A stretch of 64,000 bases of DNA, from NCBI GenBank assembly GCA_049602735.1, contig JBMYRW010000002.1, positions 3,760-67,759 of the forward strand, in the 5' to 3' direction. How positions within the stretch are numbered: the first letter of the stretch is position 1; every line of letters begins with the position of its first letter. Shown here piece by piece: positions 38,785 to 47,558 of the stretch. The stretch is from Thermoplasmatota archaeon (GTDB taxonomy: Archaea; Thermoplasmatota; E2; JACPAO01; JAHFTW01). A program made the translations under genes and the position numbers. The notes under the pieces were generated by a model. That model searched no databases and was not told where the DNA came from. It saw only the letters and a program-made list of their open reading frames with translations.

Positions 38785-38851
38785 GTCTAACGGCTCTCGA
38801 AGGAACCTGCGGCGAGCGTAGCGAGGCGTCGGGTTGAGCGATTCGTTAGGA
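38785..38851 (-). mobile_element. integron attC-like recombination site (solitary, partly degenerate)
   Basis: Minus strand TCCTAAC GAATC GCTCAACC CGACGCCTCGCTACGCTCGCCGCAGGTTCCTTCGAGAGCC GTTAGAC. 67 bp with R''/R' ends, starting 10 nt after the REase stop; R' matches GTTRRRY. Confidence 0.55.
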
Positions 38852-38861
38852 GGCGCCGCGG

Positions 38862-39599
38862 CTACCGGGCTTTGCCTTGGGTTGCCGAAAGGTGCACGGC
38901 GAGCGACTTGAGGAAGGCGGTGATACTGATTTCGGGCTCCTCGTCGATCCAGTCACCGCTGTCGGTTGCGGTGGCCGGCGACATGAGTAGCGCGGTGCCG
39001 TCGTAGAGGAGCTGAACCCGGAGCTTCTGGCAAAACAACACGTACCGCTTGGCGTACGATGCTTGGCCGAACTCGGGCAATGGGTCGAAGTGCGGCGAGA
39101 AAACCTTGACCGGCGCGCGCGATTTGGGAGCGTCTTCCAGGAGCATGAGCCACCCGAGCCACGGAGAGCTTGCCCCGAATGCGCCGTGGTCAATGGCTGC
39201 GCGCGTGTCGGCCGCCGTGCCCATGGCTTCCTCCGTGCGGTTGTTGAAGTTGTTCCCGAAGCTCGGGCCGACCTGGGACTTCAGCTCGATGGCGGCGAGG
39301 AGTTGGCCGTCGTGAAGGACCAAGAGATCCCATTGCTTGCTGGCCCGGTAGAATCCGGGCAACTCCAAACGGGATCCCGTGTGAACGGATTCCTCGGGGA
39401 GTCCGACGTGGTGGACGACTTCGCGGATGAGTTCGACGAAGCCGTCCATGTGCTTGCCCCCCGTGACTTGGGAGCGGGCACCGTAGTCTTGGACCGTGCC
39501 GGCTTCCACTTGCTTGGTTGCCTGTCCTTGGCGGGTTCGCCAGTAGTGGCGGACGGCATCCCGGATGTGTGCTTCCAAGTCGGCCGGCAGTAGGTCCAC
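38862..39599 (-). CDS. PaeR7I/XhoI-family type II restriction endonuclease
   Basis: RSQVTGGKHMDGF, LPGFYRASKQWDLL, IELKSQVGPSFGNNFNNRTEEAMG. Confidence 0.9.
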   Translation of the reverse strand: MDLLPADLEAHIRDAVRHYWRTRQGQATKQVEAGTVQDYGARSQVTGGKHMDGFVELIREVVHHVGLPEESVHTGSRLELPGFYRASKQWDLLVLHDGQLLAAIELKSQVGPSFGNNFNNRTEEAMGTAADTRAAIDHGAFGASSPWLGWLMLLEDAPKSRAPVKVFSPHFDPLPEFGQASYAKRYVLFCQKLRVQLLYDGTALLMSPATATDSGDWIDEEPEISITAFLKSLAVHLSATQGKAR

Positions 39600-39606
39600 G
39601 TCTTAG

Positions 39607-41046
39607 CTAGGCCGGCACAGAGACTAAAGTCCGTTGTTTCGAGAACGCGGCCGGGACCGGAAGCCGGGCCAAGGTCTTGGATTGGAGGCGAAGGTGGCCC
39701 CCTGCCGCGCTCATGCAATGGCCTTCCAGCCAGGCTCGGGCCTTCTCCGAATTGAGATACTCGGCGAGCACCTCCAGTTGGTCCATGTCTTTGGGGATGA
39801 TGTAGTACACCGAATGCTTGGGCATGGAGCCCGTGCGGTCGATGTGGAAAACCGGAGTCCTCTGGATGTCCTGGACCACGATTTTGGGTCCTTCGAACTC
39901 CTTTGGGCGCGGTCGTTCGTGGTACTCATACCAGGCGCGGCTCCCCTTCGCGTGGCACGATCGCTTGACAAGCCGCTCGCGGTGGTGCGCCATGGCCAGG
40001 TACTCTGCCGCTGCGCCGAGAGAGGCCTCTGGCACAAGCCGTCCTGCGCCGTCGTAGGGGAACACCATCTGCGATCGGGGCTCGATGGCTTCGCCTTCAA
40101 CCGCCGGCAGATCACGACCGGACAACGCAGGCCGTACGTACTCCGCCGGAATCATGCGGGCTTCGTCTGGAGCCAGTTCGAAGACCGCGTCGGCTCCTGT
40201 GGCGACGCCTACACCGATCCGAGAGCAAACGTCGGCCAATGTCAGGACTCCTTCGTCAACGTCTGACTCCCCGAACAGGCAAAACCAGGGGGACTCGCAG
40301 AGGGATGCTTGCTCGACTGAACGGGACTCCCCCTTCCGCTCATCGTGGACCTGAACACGGTGCTTTGGACCGGGACGTTGGTTGAGTAGATGCGTGATCG
40401 CCGGGTACGTGACAAGGTCGGGGAATGCGTCTTCGGCCAGAATCACGACTCCGCGCAGCTCCCGTGTCGCAAGGAGCTTGCGTAGGCCACTTCCACTCCA
40501 GACCTGGGCGTACTTCTGGGGCGTGATGAAGCAGAGTTGACCCTCAGAAGCCAAGAGCCGCAATCCTTGTTCGAAGAACAGGAAGTAGAGGTCGTACCGG
40601 TTTACGGCGCTCTGGAATTGCCGGCGGTAGCGCCGGCGGTCAAGTTCAGCGAGCCCCTCCAAACGCACGTAGGGCGGGTTGCCGATGACCAAGTCGAAGC
40701 CGGCCTCCTCGAAGCGCGTGAAGTCGCACTCCACTACCAAACTGGCCAGGTCGGCATCGGTTGGCTGGAATCCATGCTCTGCCAGCACGTGCTGGGCCTG
40801 CTCGCGGCAGACTGACAACGGTTTGGGGTCCAACTCGACGCCGCGCACGCGCTCAACGACCCAACTCAAGGGGTGTCCGTGCGTCGCTGCGTAGCTGGCG
40901 TACTCTTCCAGGATTGGCAGGAAGAATGCACCTTCCCCGCAACCGGGGTCCAAGACGTACGCTCCACGTTCAGCCAGCTTTGGTAGGCTAGCCATCGCGA
41001 GCATCCGCTGGACAATCCCTGGTGGCGTCGGGTGCTGACCGATCAT
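39607..41046 (-). CDS. gamma-class N6-adenine DNA methyltransferase, cognate of the REase
   Basis: Motif X GQHPTP; motif I VLDPGCGEGAF; motif IV IGNPPY; DLYFLFFE; TTATAA at 41077-41082 upstream. Confidence 0.92.
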   Translation of the reverse strand: MIGQHPTPPGIVQRMLAMASLPKLAERGAYVLDPGCGEGAFFLPILEEYASYAATHGHPLSWVVERVRGVELDPKPLSVCREQAQHVLAEHGFQPTDADLASLVVECDFTRFEEAGFDLVIGNPPYVRLEGLAELDRRRYRRQFQSAVNRYDLYFLFFEQGLRLLASEGQLCFITPQKYAQVWSGSGLRKLLATRELRGVVILAEDAFPDLVTYPAITHLLNQRPGPKHRVQVHDERKGESRSVEQASLCESPWFCLFGESDVDEGVLTLADVCSRIGVGVATGADAVFELAPDEARMIPAEYVRPALSGRDLPAVEGEAIEPRSQMVFPYDGAGRLVPEASLGAAAEYLAMAHHRERLVKRSCHAKGSRAWYEYHERPRPKEFEGPKIVVQDIQRTPVFHIDRTGSMPKHSVYYIIPKDMDQLEVLAEYLNSEKARAWLEGHCMSAAGGHLRLQSKTLARLPVPAAFSKQRTLVSVPA

Positions 41047-41580
41047 GGCATCCCAACTCTCGAAGCTAATAGAGTATTATAAGTGTCGAGGCGGGCGCGG
41101 CGAAACCACGCTGGGGGGTTGGAAGTGGCTTCGGCGACCTCGTCGAAGCCCCCTGGCTTGTGGCCCCAGGTCGGCTCCGCATGACCTCGTGACGAGGAGC
41201 TAGTTCACCCGTTGCACTGATTGTCATCGGGGCGGGTCTGGGGGCGTCCTACTGTGCCGGCGAGGAGTAATCGGACGTTAGCACGGAAGATTGAGTTTCC
41301 CTTGCCGCCGGGATGCAGTGGGTGGATTGCATTCCTGGGTTTGGTATTGGTTGGAAGTGGCGTCTGGCTGGCAGCGCGTCGGGAGGGGTAGGATCAGGCG
41401 CCACGAAACTAGTTGTTCAACAGTTCCGCTGAACAGGGGTCTACGAATTCCTCATTGCGTCGCGATGGGCCGGCGCGGCCCGTTTCTAGAGGCGACCAAT
41501 GTGGAACGAATGAAAATCCCGATGTTCAACGAGTTATTCCGCTGGCCGCATAACAGGAAGCCACGATTCCCACACGTGCC

Positions 41581-42873
41581 CTAAACGATTGCAGCCATCC
41601 GATGCAAATGCCGTCTCGCCATCACCGGCACTTCATACCACCCAACGGAAACCCCCCGCTCCTCCACTTCGACCAAGGCCTCAGAAGTCGAAGCCCCACA
41701 CGTCGGACACCGCCACCCGGCGTCGGCCCCGGCACTCTTCATCCGATCCCCACACGCACAGGTCGGGTTGGCCACTTTCACCTTGGACTCCGCCAGGGAA
41801 ACGACACGCAGTTTCTCCAGATGCACGGTGGCATCCCGCAACGCCCCGACCACTTCGACGGCATCGCCAGGCCGCAATGCGCGCACCACGTCGCGGAATT
41901 TCTTGGTGGGCTCGAACGCCGCCGCCTGGAACGCCCTACCAACAGGATCCTCCAGATCGACCAGGACATGCCCGCCACTCCGGGTCCTCGGCATCCCGGC
42001 CACGGTTGCCGCGAGGTGGACGGTCCCCAGTTCTGGCGCTTCGGCGAGTGCTTCCACGGGGGTGACGTGGTCGCCGCTGGCCTGGTTGGTGGCCCAGAGG
42101 AGCCAGCCGTCGATGGGTTCCCGGGCGGCGGCGCCGAGGGCGCGTACGCCCCAGTCCCGCAGCTTCTCCGGGTCGCGGCCGCGTAGCCCCAGGAGGACGG
42201 GGCACGGCGTGGCGGGAACGCAGGCGAGGCGTCCCTCTTCGGGGTCGGTGGTGTGGAACGTGATGCCGGCGCGGTCCAGGCCCTGCAGGGGCCCCGGTTC
42301 GACGGCGCGGGGTTTGCCCCATTGGGGCGGTTGACGGTAGGCGATCAGTTCGTAGCTGCTCGGGGGGCCCGGCCAGGCGGCCGCTGCGGCGCAACCGACA
42401 AGCGCCCGGTCGTCGCCCCGCGTTTGGAGGAGGGCGCCGCTGGCTTCCAGGTCGGCGCGGGCCTGCGGGGGGTCGACGACGGTGCGCACGGCGGCCCAGT
42501 AGGCCCACGGGAGGGGCAGCGGGCGGGGCAGCAGCGCGACGGCGGGGTTGGCGTCCCCTTGGGCGACGTTGTCGAGGGCGTTCCAGACGGCCTCCAACCG
42601 TTCCGGCGTCGGTTCGGCGGGGCGCCCTTCTGGGAAGGCGAGAATCTCGCGGCCTTGCAGTTCGCCGATGCGGGTCTGGGCCCCTTCCGGGTGGCCCAGC
42701 GGCACGGCGACGGCGGCGTTGCCGCGGGTCTTCCACGGGACGTTGGGGTTCAGACGCACCAGGCGCGGCAGGGCCAGCGGCGCCAGGTCGGGCAGGGCGA
42801 GGAGCGCGTGGAAGAGGGCGTGGGTGGTGCAGCCGCCGCCTGGGCCGTCCGTGTCGTCGAAGGCGAGGAGCAC
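41581..42873 (-). CDS. tiaS: tRNA(Ile2) 2-agmatinylcytidine synthetase
   Basis: DDTD..GGCTT, PRLVRLNPNVPWKTRGNAA, PCPVLLGLRG, TNQASGDH, AFEPTK, C-terminal Zn ribbon, RRHL. Confidence 0.93.
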   Translation of the reverse strand: MLLAFDDTDGPGGGCTTHALFHALLALPDLAPLALPRLVRLNPNVPWKTRGNAAVAVPLGHPEGAQTRIGELQGREILAFPEGRPAEPTPERLEAVWNALDNVAQGDANPAVALLPRPLPLPWAYWAAVRTVVDPPQARADLEASGALLQTRGDDRALVGCAAAAAWPGPPSSYELIAYRQPPQWGKPRAVEPGPLQGLDRAGITFHTTDPEEGRLACVPATPCPVLLGLRGRDPEKLRDWGVRALGAAAREPIDGWLLWATNQASGDHVTPVEALAEAPELGTVHLAATVAGMPRTRSGGHVLVDLEDPVGRAFQAAAFEPTKKFRDVVRALRPGDAVEVVGALRDATVHLEKLRVVSLAESKVKVANPTCACGDRMKSAGADAGWRCPTCGASTSEALVEVEERGVSVGWYEVPVMARRHLHRMAAIV

Positions 42874-42967
42874 GGCGCCGCCGAGCCGCGCGGCCGCTAT
42901 GGTTTCTTCGCGAACAGGCCAAGGCCTGTGCGAATCGGTTCAATACTCCGGCGAGGCTCGCCCCGTG

Positions 42968-43918
42968 ATGGTCTCAGCGCTGCGCACGGTCGGCCTGCGG
43001 AAACGGTACAAGGACGTGGAGGCCCTCAAGGGCATCGACCTGGAGGTGAAGCGGGGCGAAGTGTTCGGCTTCCTGGGGCCCAACGGCGCCGGCAAGACGA
43101 CGTTCACCAAGTGCGTCACCGGCTTCGTGCGCCCCGACGCCGGCCAGATCGAGGTGCTGGGCGTCGATGCCCGCGCCGAGTCCGTCCGCGTCAACCGCTA
43201 CCTGGGCCTCGTGCCGGACCAGTACGACTTCTACCCGAACCTGACGGGACGCCAGCACCTGGACTTCTACGGCCGCCTCAACGGCATGAGCGCCGGCAAG
43301 CGCCGCAGCCGCATCGACGAGGTGCTGACCCTGGTGAAGATGCACGAACGCGCCGACAGCCGCACCAAGGAGTACAGCCACGGCATGAAGCAGCGCATCT
43401 GCATCGCCCAGGCGCTCCTGCACGAGCCGGCGATCGTCATCCTCGACGAGCCCACCAACGGCCTCGACCCGCAAGGCGCCTACGAGCTGCGGGAGATGAT
43501 CCGCGGCCTGGCCAAGGACGGCACGACGATTTTCCTCAACAGTCACCAACTGCACGAGGTGGAGCAGACGTGCGACCGCGTCGCCATCCTGCAACGGGGC
43601 CGCCTCCGGGCGCTCAACCGCATCGACGAACTCAAGCGCATGGCGTCCGCCGGCGCGGCAGGCACAGCGGCCGGCGTCCGCCTGAGGCTTCTCAACCCCA
43701 CCAAGGGGCGCTTCGACGTGGCGCGCAAGGTGCTCGGCGAGGCCCCGACGACGGACGGCAACCAGCTCCTCTTCAACGCCGACGACGAACAGACCGCCGC
43801 TGTGGTGGCCGCCCTCGCCGCCGCCGGTGGCAGGATCGCTGAGGTGCAGCGGCAGGAGGCCGGCCTGGAGTCGATCTTCTTGCAGCTCACCGGCCAGGAT
43901 GACGAGGTGCAGGCATGA
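42968..43918 (+). CDS. ABC-2 type exporter ATP-binding protein
   Basis: GPNGAGKTT, YSHGMKQR, ILDEPTNGLDP, SHQLHEVE, LESIFLQLT. Confidence 0.92.
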   Translation: MVSALRTVGLRKRYKDVEALKGIDLEVKRGEVFGFLGPNGAGKTTFTKCVTGFVRPDAGQIEVLGVDARAESVRVNRYLGLVPDQYDFYPNLTGRQHLDFYGRLNGMSAGKRRSRIDEVLTLVKMHERADSRTKEYSHGMKQRICIAQALLHEPAIVILDEPTNGLDPQGAYELREMIRGLAKDGTTIFLNSHQLHEVEQTCDRVAILQRGRLRALNRIDELKRMASAGAAGTAAGVRLRLLNPTKGRFDVARKVLGEAPTTDGNQLLFNADDEQTAAVVAALAAAGGRIAEVQRQEAGLESIFLQLTGQDDEVQA

Positions 43919-44811
43919 GCGCCATCTGGGAGATCGCCCGCAACGAGGCGCTGCAGCACATCCGCACCAAGCGCCTAGTGGTCATCGGCGCCCTGACGCT
44001 CCTGAGCCTGATGCTCCTGACCATCGTCCTGCCATCGACGCTGTTTGGCCTCAACGACGTGGACGTGAGCGATGAATTCGGCGACCAGACCGACGTCTCC
44101 CTGCAGAACTTCGCGTTCCTGTTCTTCCTCAACGCCTCCATCGTGGGCGGCTACCTGCTCGTCCAACTGTTGGCCATGGTGCTCACGGCCGACGGCATCT
44201 CGTCCGAATGGCAACGCAAGACGCTGTTCCTGGTCCTCTCCAAGCCGGTCTCACGCACGGCGTTCGTGGTGGGCAAGTTCATCGGCGGCGTGGTGCCGCT
44301 CCTGATCCTGTACGTGGTCCTCTTCACCCTCGACTATCTCGTCATGATCGCCCTCTACAGCGGCACGCCGAGCCCCGAGCAGTTCGGCCGCTTCTTCGGC
44401 GCCGTCGGCATCCTTCTCCTGGGAGCCACGTCGTTCGCCGCCATGGCGCTGTTCTTCTCCACGCTGCTGCGCTCGTCGGCCGGCAGCATGGTCTGGACGC
44501 TCCTGGTGGGCATCCTGGTGTTCCCCATCGTGGGCGCCATCGGCGACTTCACCCTCGGCGGCGACGAGCGCGACGGCCCCGTGGAGGACCCGGACGCCTT
44601 CCGGTACGACTGGAGCCACTATGTCTCCCCGGGTCACGTGATGACCAAGGCGGGCGACGTGCTCCTGGGCGAGGACATTGGCCTCGGCCTGTCGCTCATC
44701 CCGACCAATCCACCGGCATCGACGCTCGGAGCGATCCTTGCGGGCTTCGTGCAGATCCTCGTGTTCCTTGGTGGCGCCTTGCTGGTGGTCAACCTGAGGA
44801 ACTTCGAGTAG
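43915..44811 (+). CDS. ABC-2 type exporter permease
   Basis: About 6 TM helices; DGISSEWQRKTL..LSKPVSR..VGKF; ATGA overlap. Confidence 0.88.
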   Translation: MSAIWEIARNEALQHIRTKRLVVIGALTLLSLMLLTIVLPSTLFGLNDVDVSDEFGDQTDVSLQNFAFLFFLNASIVGGYLLVQLLAMVLTADGISSEWQRKTLFLVLSKPVSRTAFVVGKFIGGVVPLLILYVVLFTLDYLVMIALYSGTPSPEQFGRFFGAVGILLLGATSFAAMALFFSTLLRSSAGSMVWTLLVGILVFPIVGAIGDFTLGGDERDGPVEDPDAFRYDWSHYVSPGHVMTKAGDVLLGEDIGLGLSLIPTNPPASTLGAILAGFVQILVFLGGALLVVNLRNFE

Positions 44812-45766
44812 CCTCGACGAGTGCCAGCAGCGCTTCCAGGTCCGGCGCCTGGTTGAACGCCACGCGGAGCTTCTTCGCCCCCGGCGCGCCCTGCACGAAG
44901 CGGGTCGCTTGCCGCCTTAGGTCGCCCACGTGGGTGATGCCGATGGCGCGGGCCCGTTCCAGGTAGGTCGCCAGGGCGTCGAGGCGGACATCCATGTCGG
45001 GGCCGTCGCCGGCCGGTCGGCCGTCGAGGGCGGCGCGCAGCCGCTCGAAACAGGTGGGATCATGCATGGCGGCGCGGCCGATGAAGATCCCCGCGCAAGC
45101 GGTCTGGTCCCGCATGGCGACGGCGGTCTCGGGGCCGGTGACATCGCCGTTGCCGATCACGGGGACGTCGAGGTGCTCCACGAGCTTCCCGATGGCGTCC
45201 CAGTCCGCCTTGCCGCCGTAGCCTTGCACGACGGTGCGGCCGTGAAGCGTCACCCAGGCTGCTCCGGCGTCCTGCACGGCTTGCCCGACCTCCAGGTACG
45301 TGCGGTGGGCGTCGTCGTGGCCCAGGCGCATTTTGACCGAGACCGGCCCGGCGCCCACCTCTTCGGCGGCGTCCGCCGCGGCGCCCACGACCGTGCCGGC
45401 GAGGGCGGGGTCACGTGTGAGGAACGCCCCGGCGCACGCCTTGAGGATCTTGGGGCTGGGGCAGCCCAGGTTGAGGTCGATGAAGTCGGGTGGGGCGTCC
45501 ATGGCGGCCACTTGGCGCACCGCTTCCGCCATCTGGTCCGCGTCGCCGCCCATCAGCTGGACGCCGTAGGGGGCCTCCTCCGGCCAGGGTTGCACCATGC
45601 GCCAGCTGCCTTGGTTGCCGTGGACGAGTCCGGCCGCGCCCACCATCTCGCTGCACGTCACGTCGGCGCCCCAGTCGCGCGCGAGGGAGCGAAAGGCGGC
45701 GTCGGTGACGTCCACCATGGGGCTGAGGAACAGCGGCGTTTCGATGGCGTGGCCGGCGACGTCCAT
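44789..45766 (-). CDS. dus: tRNA-dihydrouridine synthase (DusB-like)
   Basis: LSPMVDVTDAAFR, DLNLGCP, VSVKMRLG, TLHGRT, IGNGDV, IGRAA. Confidence 0.92.
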   Translation of the reverse strand: MDVAGHAIETPLFLSPMVDVTDAAFRSLARDWGADVTCSEMVGAAGLVHGNQGSWRMVQPWPEEAPYGVQLMGGDADQMAEAVRQVAAMDAPPDFIDLNLGCPSPKILKACAGAFLTRDPALAGTVVGAAADAAEEVGAGPVSVKMRLGHDDAHRTYLEVGQAVQDAGAAWVTLHGRTVVQGYGGKADWDAIGKLVEHLDVPVIGNGDVTGPETAVAMRDQTACAGIFIGRAAMHDPTCFERLRAALDGRPAGDGPDMDVRLDALATYLERARAIGITHVGDLRRQATRFVQGAPGAKKLRVAFNQAPDLEALLALVEATRSSSG

Positions 45767-45773
45767 GCCGGCC

Positions 45774-46757
45774 CTACAGTTCGCGGATGTCGGTGCCGCG
45801 GCGCCGGCTGGCGTAGCCGCGGCGGGGTTCCACGTCGATCGTGTCGAGCTGGATGTCGTCGTCGGCGCCAGCGCTGGCGGCCACGGGTCGCACGTCGTCG
45901 GCGTCCCAGGAGATCTCCCCGGGGGCGAGGGGCGCTTCTTCTTGGCGCGCTACCGGCGGTTCGGGCTCGAACTCAGGCTCGGGCGCTTCGTCGAAGCTGG
46001 GAAGCGCGATCGGCATCTCGACCTCTTCAAGCTCTTCGACGGGGCTGGGCGCGTCCTGGTTGGCTGCGGCTGCCTCCGGCCGTGCCTCTTCGACGACGTA
46101 GCAGCGTTCGAAGCCGCCGCGGCGCTTCAGTTTGGCCTGCTTGACCTGGCGCAGCGCGTCGCGGTCGTAGTCGCGGGCGCGGATGAACGCCTCCAGGGCC
46201 TCCAGCACGTCCGCCACCTCCTCCTTCTCGTCGCCCAGGCCGGCCGCCTCCAGCTCGCGGGCCTCTTCGGCCACCTTGCGCTTCAGGTACGCCGCGCGCT
46301 GTTCGCGGGGCACTTCACGGAAGGCCACGTTGTGGCCGGATTCCCGCACCAGGCGGGGGATCTGGTCGCGCACGAGGCGCCCGGAGAACGGCTTGATCGT
46401 GTCGTAGAAGGCGTCGAGGGCCGCCAGGACCGCTTGACCGTCGTCGGCGGCCACGGGCGTCGTGACGCAGGCCGCCAAGAGGGCCGGGAGGGGCTCGCCG
46501 GCGCCGTGCAGGCCCAGCACGGGCTTGTTGTCGGCGTGGGCGAGAGCGACGAGGGTCACGGTGGCCGCGTCCGTCTCTCCGTCGAGGACCGCCAGCACGG
46601 CGTCCACATCCTGCACGAGGGCCCGGGGCCCGCCGGAGCCGGCGTCGTCGGGGGAGGCGACCACGTGGCCGTCCTCGTCGAGGCGGCGTTGGAGGGAGGC
46701 GAGGAAGCTGCGCTGGGCGATGCTGCGTTGCGGTCCTGCGAGGAGGATGCGGGCCAC
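45774..46757 (-). CDS. fusion: nucleoside 2-deoxyribosyltransferase-like domain, MazG-like NTP pyrophosphohydrolase, acidic tail
   Basis: GTG start MARILLAGP...DAVLAVLDG.TD...A.A.NKPV, then LVRDQIP...LKRKVAEEARE...EEVADVLEAL...KRRGGF. Confidence 0.75.
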   Translation of the reverse strand: MARILLAGPQRSIAQRSFLASLQRRLDEDGHVVASPDDAGSGGPRALVQDVDAVLAVLDGETDAATVTLVALAHADNKPVLGLHGAGEPLPALLAACVTTPVAADDGQAVLAALDAFYDTIKPFSGRLVRDQIPRLVRESGHNVAFREVPREQRAAYLKRKVAEEARELEAAGLGDEKEEVADVLEALEAFIRARDYDRDALRQVKQAKLKRRGGFERCYVVEEARPEAAAANQDAPSPVEELEEVEMPIALPSFDEAPEPEFEPEPPVARQEEAPLAPGEISWDADDVRPVAASAGADDDIQLDTIDVEPRRGYASRRRGTDIREL

Positions 46758-46779
46758 GGCGGCGCGAGCCCCGGCCGCC

Positions 46780-47163
46780 TTAAGCGGTTTGAGGGGCGAC
46801 CTGGCCGTTGGCGGCGTGGGCGAAGCGCGTCTTGCCTTCGGGGCAGACGGTCTGGTAGGAGCAGACCCAGTCTTCCAGGGCGCTGAGCACCGGGAAGAGG
46901 GCAAGGCCGCTCTCGGTGAGGGCGTAGTCGACGCGCGGCGGGGTCTCCTGGTACGCGGTCCGGCTCACGATGCCGGCCTCGTCAAGCTCCGAGAGGCGCT
47001 GGCTGAGGGTGACGGGGTTGACGCCGAGCTGCTTCTTGATGTCGTTGAAGCGCCGGGGGCTCTCCTGTCGCAGGGCCCAGATGATCGGCAGCGCGTAGCG
47101 GCGGCCCAGGAGTGTCATGGCGTCCGAGAAGGGGCAGCAGTCAGGGGCCGCGGGCGTCGCCAT
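46780..47163 (-). CDS. HxlR/DUF24 family (QsrR/YodB-like) regulator
   Basis: DCCPF N-terminal Cys, RRFNDI, LSQRLSEL, PPRVDYALTESG. Confidence 0.9.
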   Translation of the reverse strand: MATPAAPDCCPFSDAMTLLGRRYALPIIWALRQESPRRFNDIKKQLGVNPVTLSQRLSELDEAGIVSRTAYQETPPRVDYALTESGLALFPVLSALEDWVCSYQTVCPEGKTRFAHAANGQVAPQTA

Positions 47164-47208
47164 AGGTGGTGTGTGGCGCCGCTTCTTCTTAGTATAGTCG
47201 GTTAACCA

Positions 47209-47223
47209 GTACAAACCTTGTAC
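47209..47223. promoter_or_regulatory. palindrome GTACAA-ACC-TTGTAC, candidate HxlR-family operator
   Basis: Perfect 6-3-6 dyad in the AT-rich divergent intergenic region; GGTTAACC dyad adjacent at 47200-47207. Confidence 0.55.
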
Positions 47224-47254
47224 CTTAAGAGTAAAGGAAGCTAACTGGACTGTG

Positions 47255-47551
47255 ATGACAGCCGACTGCAACACCGTCCTCAAGCAGCTACCCGACGTCC
47301 CGGAGAGCACCCGCAAGGTGGTCTGCGAACTCGCCAGCCACCAACCCCTCACCGGCCTCGAACTCCGCGAAGCGACCGGACTCCCCCGCCGCACCGCCTA
47401 CGCCGCCATCAAGCGGCTCAAGGAACTCGGCGTCCTGAAGGAACGCCTCAGCTTCCGCGACAGCCGCCAGACCTACTACTGGCTCGACGAGGCCACCATC
47501 GCCCCGCAGGCCGCGGCTCCCGGCCCGGCCCCCCAGATCGTCGCCGCCTGA
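47255..47551 (+). CDS. small archaeal winged-helix (MarR/TrmB-like) DNA-binding protein
   Basis: PLTGLELREATGLPRRTAYAAIKRLKELG...RDSRQTYY. Confidence 0.85.
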   Translation: MTADCNTVLKQLPDVPESTRKVVCELASHQPLTGLELREATGLPRRTAYAAIKRLKELGVLKERLSFRDSRQTYYWLDEATIAPQAAAPGPAPQIVAA

Positions 47552-47558
47552 CCGGCCG

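Noticed and set aside
39607..39645. QRTL at the methyltransferase C-terminus as a PIP box
   Set aside because: Lacks the aromatic residues of a PIP motif
41051..41125. Second full attC upstream of the methyltransferase (TTCCAAC...GTTGGGA on the minus strand)
   Set aside because: The ends fit, but the internal L boxes do not pair and the interval contains the probable TATA promoter
41423..41441. GTTCCGCTGAACAGGGGTC as another ORB
   Set aside because: Spacing is too short relative to the two ORB-like elements at 1236-1434 and it has no partner
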